This document shows, piece after piece, positions 62,200 to 64,000 of a stretch of DNA of 64,000 nucleotides (position 1 is the first letter of the stretch; each line of letters opens with the position of its first letter). The notes beneath the pieces are model-generated. The model was not told the origin of the DNA. It was given only the letters and a program-made list of their open reading frames with translations, and ran no database searches. The stretch spans positions 11,083 to 75,082 of the forward strand of contig CAZIJG010000001.1 of assembly GCA_964539545.1 (NCBI GenBank). Direction: 5' to 3'. The position numbers and the translations under genes were made by a program. The DNA comes from an uncultured Gammaproteobacteria bacterium (lineage in GTDB: Bacteria > Patescibacteriota > Patescibacteriia > Patescibacteriales > UBA12465).

Positions 62200-63429
62200 T
62201 TATGGCAAATGATTCAATGGATTCACTGGTATACCCTCTTTTCTAATCTCAAAGTGTAAATGGGGTCCCGTAGAAAAATATCCTGAACCTGGAGTACCAG
62301 GAGCACCACCAGTAGCTCCTATCACCTGACCCTGCAAAACATATTGATCTGTACTGACATTCACCTTAGATACATGACCGTAGACAGTAGAAAATCCATC
62401 AGCGTGGATTAACATGATATAGGCATAACGACGAGTGCCATCATATCTAACCTTAGCAACATAACCTGAGGCTGCAGCCCGTAAAGTACTTCCCTGGGAT
62501 GATCGTATATCAATAGCCGGATGCTCTCCTAGAATATGTCTAAATGGATAACCTGGATCATGAAAAGTAGCTGTAATATAATTTTCTGGTATTGGCCAGG
62601 CGAAATCACTATCTAAAAATTCCAATTTATTACCTTCCAGCTGAGCCAATCTCTGTCTAACAGTGCTCTCTATGCTATTAATTTCAGCTGTAGCTTGAGT
62701 TTGCTCCTGTTTAGCTTGAGTCAATAATGTTTGATACTGAGATTCTTTAGCCTCGGTAGCTGCTAGAACATTATTTTTACTATTCTCTTCATAAACCAAG
62801 GCGTCTCTTTTTCTTTCTAGACTATCCTTTAAAGTAGTTAGTTCTTCACTCTTTTTAACTTTCCTTTGCTGATCCTGTTCTATAATAGATTTGTATCTCC
62901 TTAAATCATCCAAGCTATTACCAATTTCTTCATTGGTATCCTCTAAATATCTGGCCTCGTTTAAAAATTCTGCTAAAGAATCATGTAATAACAATATTTC
63001 TAAAGTTGACACTTGATTCTGTTTATATACTAATTGTAATAGATTACCTAAATGATCCTTTTCATTTTCAATCTCTTTATCCTTAGCTTGAATATCCAAA
63101 CCTAATTTTCTAATCTCTAAATTTGATTGATCAATTCCTAATTCAGTTTCAGCAATATCTAACCCTGCTTTAGTCACTCTGTTTTCTAAAATAGCCAATT
63201 GACTTTCTAGAGTTACTTGACTGTGCTGATATTTTTCAATTAACTCATTATATTGCTTTTGCTCCTCTCTTATCTGACTCAACTGTTTTTGTTTATTCTG
63301 TAATTGGTTATTCAATAATTGAATATCTGCATTAATCTCGTAATTACTTTCAGCCATAACTTGTCCAGAACATGCCAAAAAAGACAATACTAATAAGGCT
63401 AATAAAGTTGTTCGAAAAACTTTTATCAT
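62200..63429 (-). CDS. M23 peptidase with N-terminal coiled coil (EnvC-like architecture)
   Basis: Signal peptide, Gln/Glu/Leu-rich coiled coil of about 230 aa, HPAIDI...GPHLHFEI. Confidence 0.85.
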   Translation of the reverse strand: MIKVFRTTLLALLVLSFLACSGQVMAESNYEINADIQLLNNQLQNKQKQLSQIREEQKQYNELIEKYQHSQVTLESQLAILENRVTKAGLDIAETELGIDQSNLEIRKLGLDIQAKDKEIENEKDHLGNLLQLVYKQNQVSTLEILLLHDSLAEFLNEARYLEDTNEEIGNSLDDLRRYKSIIEQDQQRKVKKSEELTTLKDSLERKRDALVYEENSKNNVLAATEAKESQYQTLLTQAKQEQTQATAEINSIESTVRQRLAQLEGNKLEFLDSDFAWPIPENYITATFHDPGYPFRHILGEHPAIDIRSSQGSTLRAAASGYVAKVRYDGTRRYAYIMLIHADGFSTVYGHVSKVNVSTDQYVLQGQVIGATGGAPGTPGSGYFSTGPHLHFEIRKEGIPVNPLNHLP

Positions 63430-63488
63430 AACAAAAATAGGCTTGTATTATAATTATAGCAAATTTAACTATAACTATAAAGCGCCTA

Positions 63489-64000
63489 TTATAAAAGCTC
63501 GATAGCTTGTTTTATTCTGTTTAAACTCTCTTCTTTCCCTAACACGCTAGCAACCTCAAAAGGACCAGGACTAGCTTTTTTCCCAGTTAGAGATACTCTC
63601 ATCGGCCATAGAAAGTCTCCGACTTTATTGTCATTATCTTTAATCCAAGTAATAATTTTTTCTTCTAAAGCTTTCTCTTCCCAGGTAGAGATGTTTTTCA
63701 ATTCCTTTGCTAAAACTACTAGATTATCTTTTATTTGATTATTATCTAATTTCTTCCAGAACAATAATTCTTTATCATAATCTAATTTATCTACAAAAAA
63801 GAAACTAGCCATTTCAGGAATTTCATCTAACTTTTTAATTCTAGCCTGTTCTAAACCAATCGCTTTCTTTATATACTCGTCATCTTTACCGACAGTGTCT
63901 TTCAAATATGGTCTAGCTAATTCTAATAGTTTATCAACACTTAATTTACGTAAATATTGGCCATTAAAATAATCTAGCTTATCTCTATCAAAAATAGCTG
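63489..64000 (-). CDS. gltX: Glutamate--tRNA ligase, C-terminal part (5' end outside window)
   Basis: The frame stays open to the window edge (AIFDRDKLDYFNGQYLRKLS..). C-terminal anticodon-binding tail FLWPMRVSLTGKKASPGPFEV. The TTG at 63905 in the track is internal. Confidence 0.85.
   Translation of the reverse strand, partial: AIFDRDKLDYFNGQYLRKLSVDKLLELARPYLKDTVGKDDEYIKKAIGLEQARIKKLDEIPEMASFFFVDKLDYDKELLFWKKLDNNQIKDNLVVLAKELKNISTWEEKALEEKIITWIKDNDNKVGDFLWPMRVSLTGKKASPGPFEVASVLGKEESLNRIKQAIELL

Noticed and set aside
1-64000. Search for CRISPR arrays, tRNA/rRNA genes, transposases, IS inverted repeats and phage structural genes.
   Set aside because: I saw no regularly spaced direct repeats, no cloverleaf-compatible sequences in any intergenic gap, and no transposase or phage motifs in any ORF. 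By-eye scanning can miss degenerate elements.

Overview
The window is AT-rich, roughly one-third GC by eye (not computed). It is very tightly packed, with many spacers under 60 nt and several 1-4 nt start/stop overlaps, and it is mostly housekeeping. I recognise about 70 protein genes and no rRNA, tRNA, CRISPR array, transposase or prophage genes.

Recognised content by function:
- Translation and RNA modification: rpsB, tsf, rplA, rplK, rpmA, nusG, secE, metG, serS, a gltX fragment, truB, rlmN, rsmI, tsaC, cca and a TrmH-family enzyme.
- Envelope and division: alr, ddl, ftsQ, xerC/D-like, two M23 peptidases, an S41 Ctp protease and a TMTC-like GT-C/TPR protein.
- Redox and energy: gap, a NuoF-like protein plus an [FeFe]-hydrogenase, nifS/nifU, rubrerythrin, Fe-SOD and a small ferredoxin.
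- Nucleotide-related: pyrG, a divergent Prs and a truncated PurH-like ORF.
- Many small membrane or secreted proteins of unknown function.

Four observations fit a streamlined, fermentative Patescibacteria/CPR-type bacterium: the gene content, the absence of biosynthetic operons, near-universal lack of Shine-Dalgarno motifs, and DUF5671-like and TMTC-like proteins. This assignment is inference only. TGA is used as a stop codon, so the code is standard code 11.

No clear-cut novel multi-gene system stands out. The best leads are:
1. A translationally coupled gap / minimal NuoF-like / M3-type [FeFe]-hydrogenase unit with no NuoE/HydC partner.
2. A roughly 200-nt promoter-to-terminator unit between pyrG and rpmA that looks like an unannotated structured sRNA with a 16S-tail-like CCUCCUUU motif.
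3. A ferredoxin / unknown / orphan VirD4/TraD-like ATPase operon with no other T4SS parts in the window.
4. Two paralogous secreted glycoside-hydrolase-like proteins bracketing the alr-ddl-ftsQ-xer block. One is fused to FG-GAP repeats that contain a 108-nt perfect tandem duplication.
5. A catalytic-motif-less stand-alone PurH C-terminal ORF next to a voltage-sensor channel with a non-canonical pore.

All family assignments come from motif recognition by eye. No searches were run.
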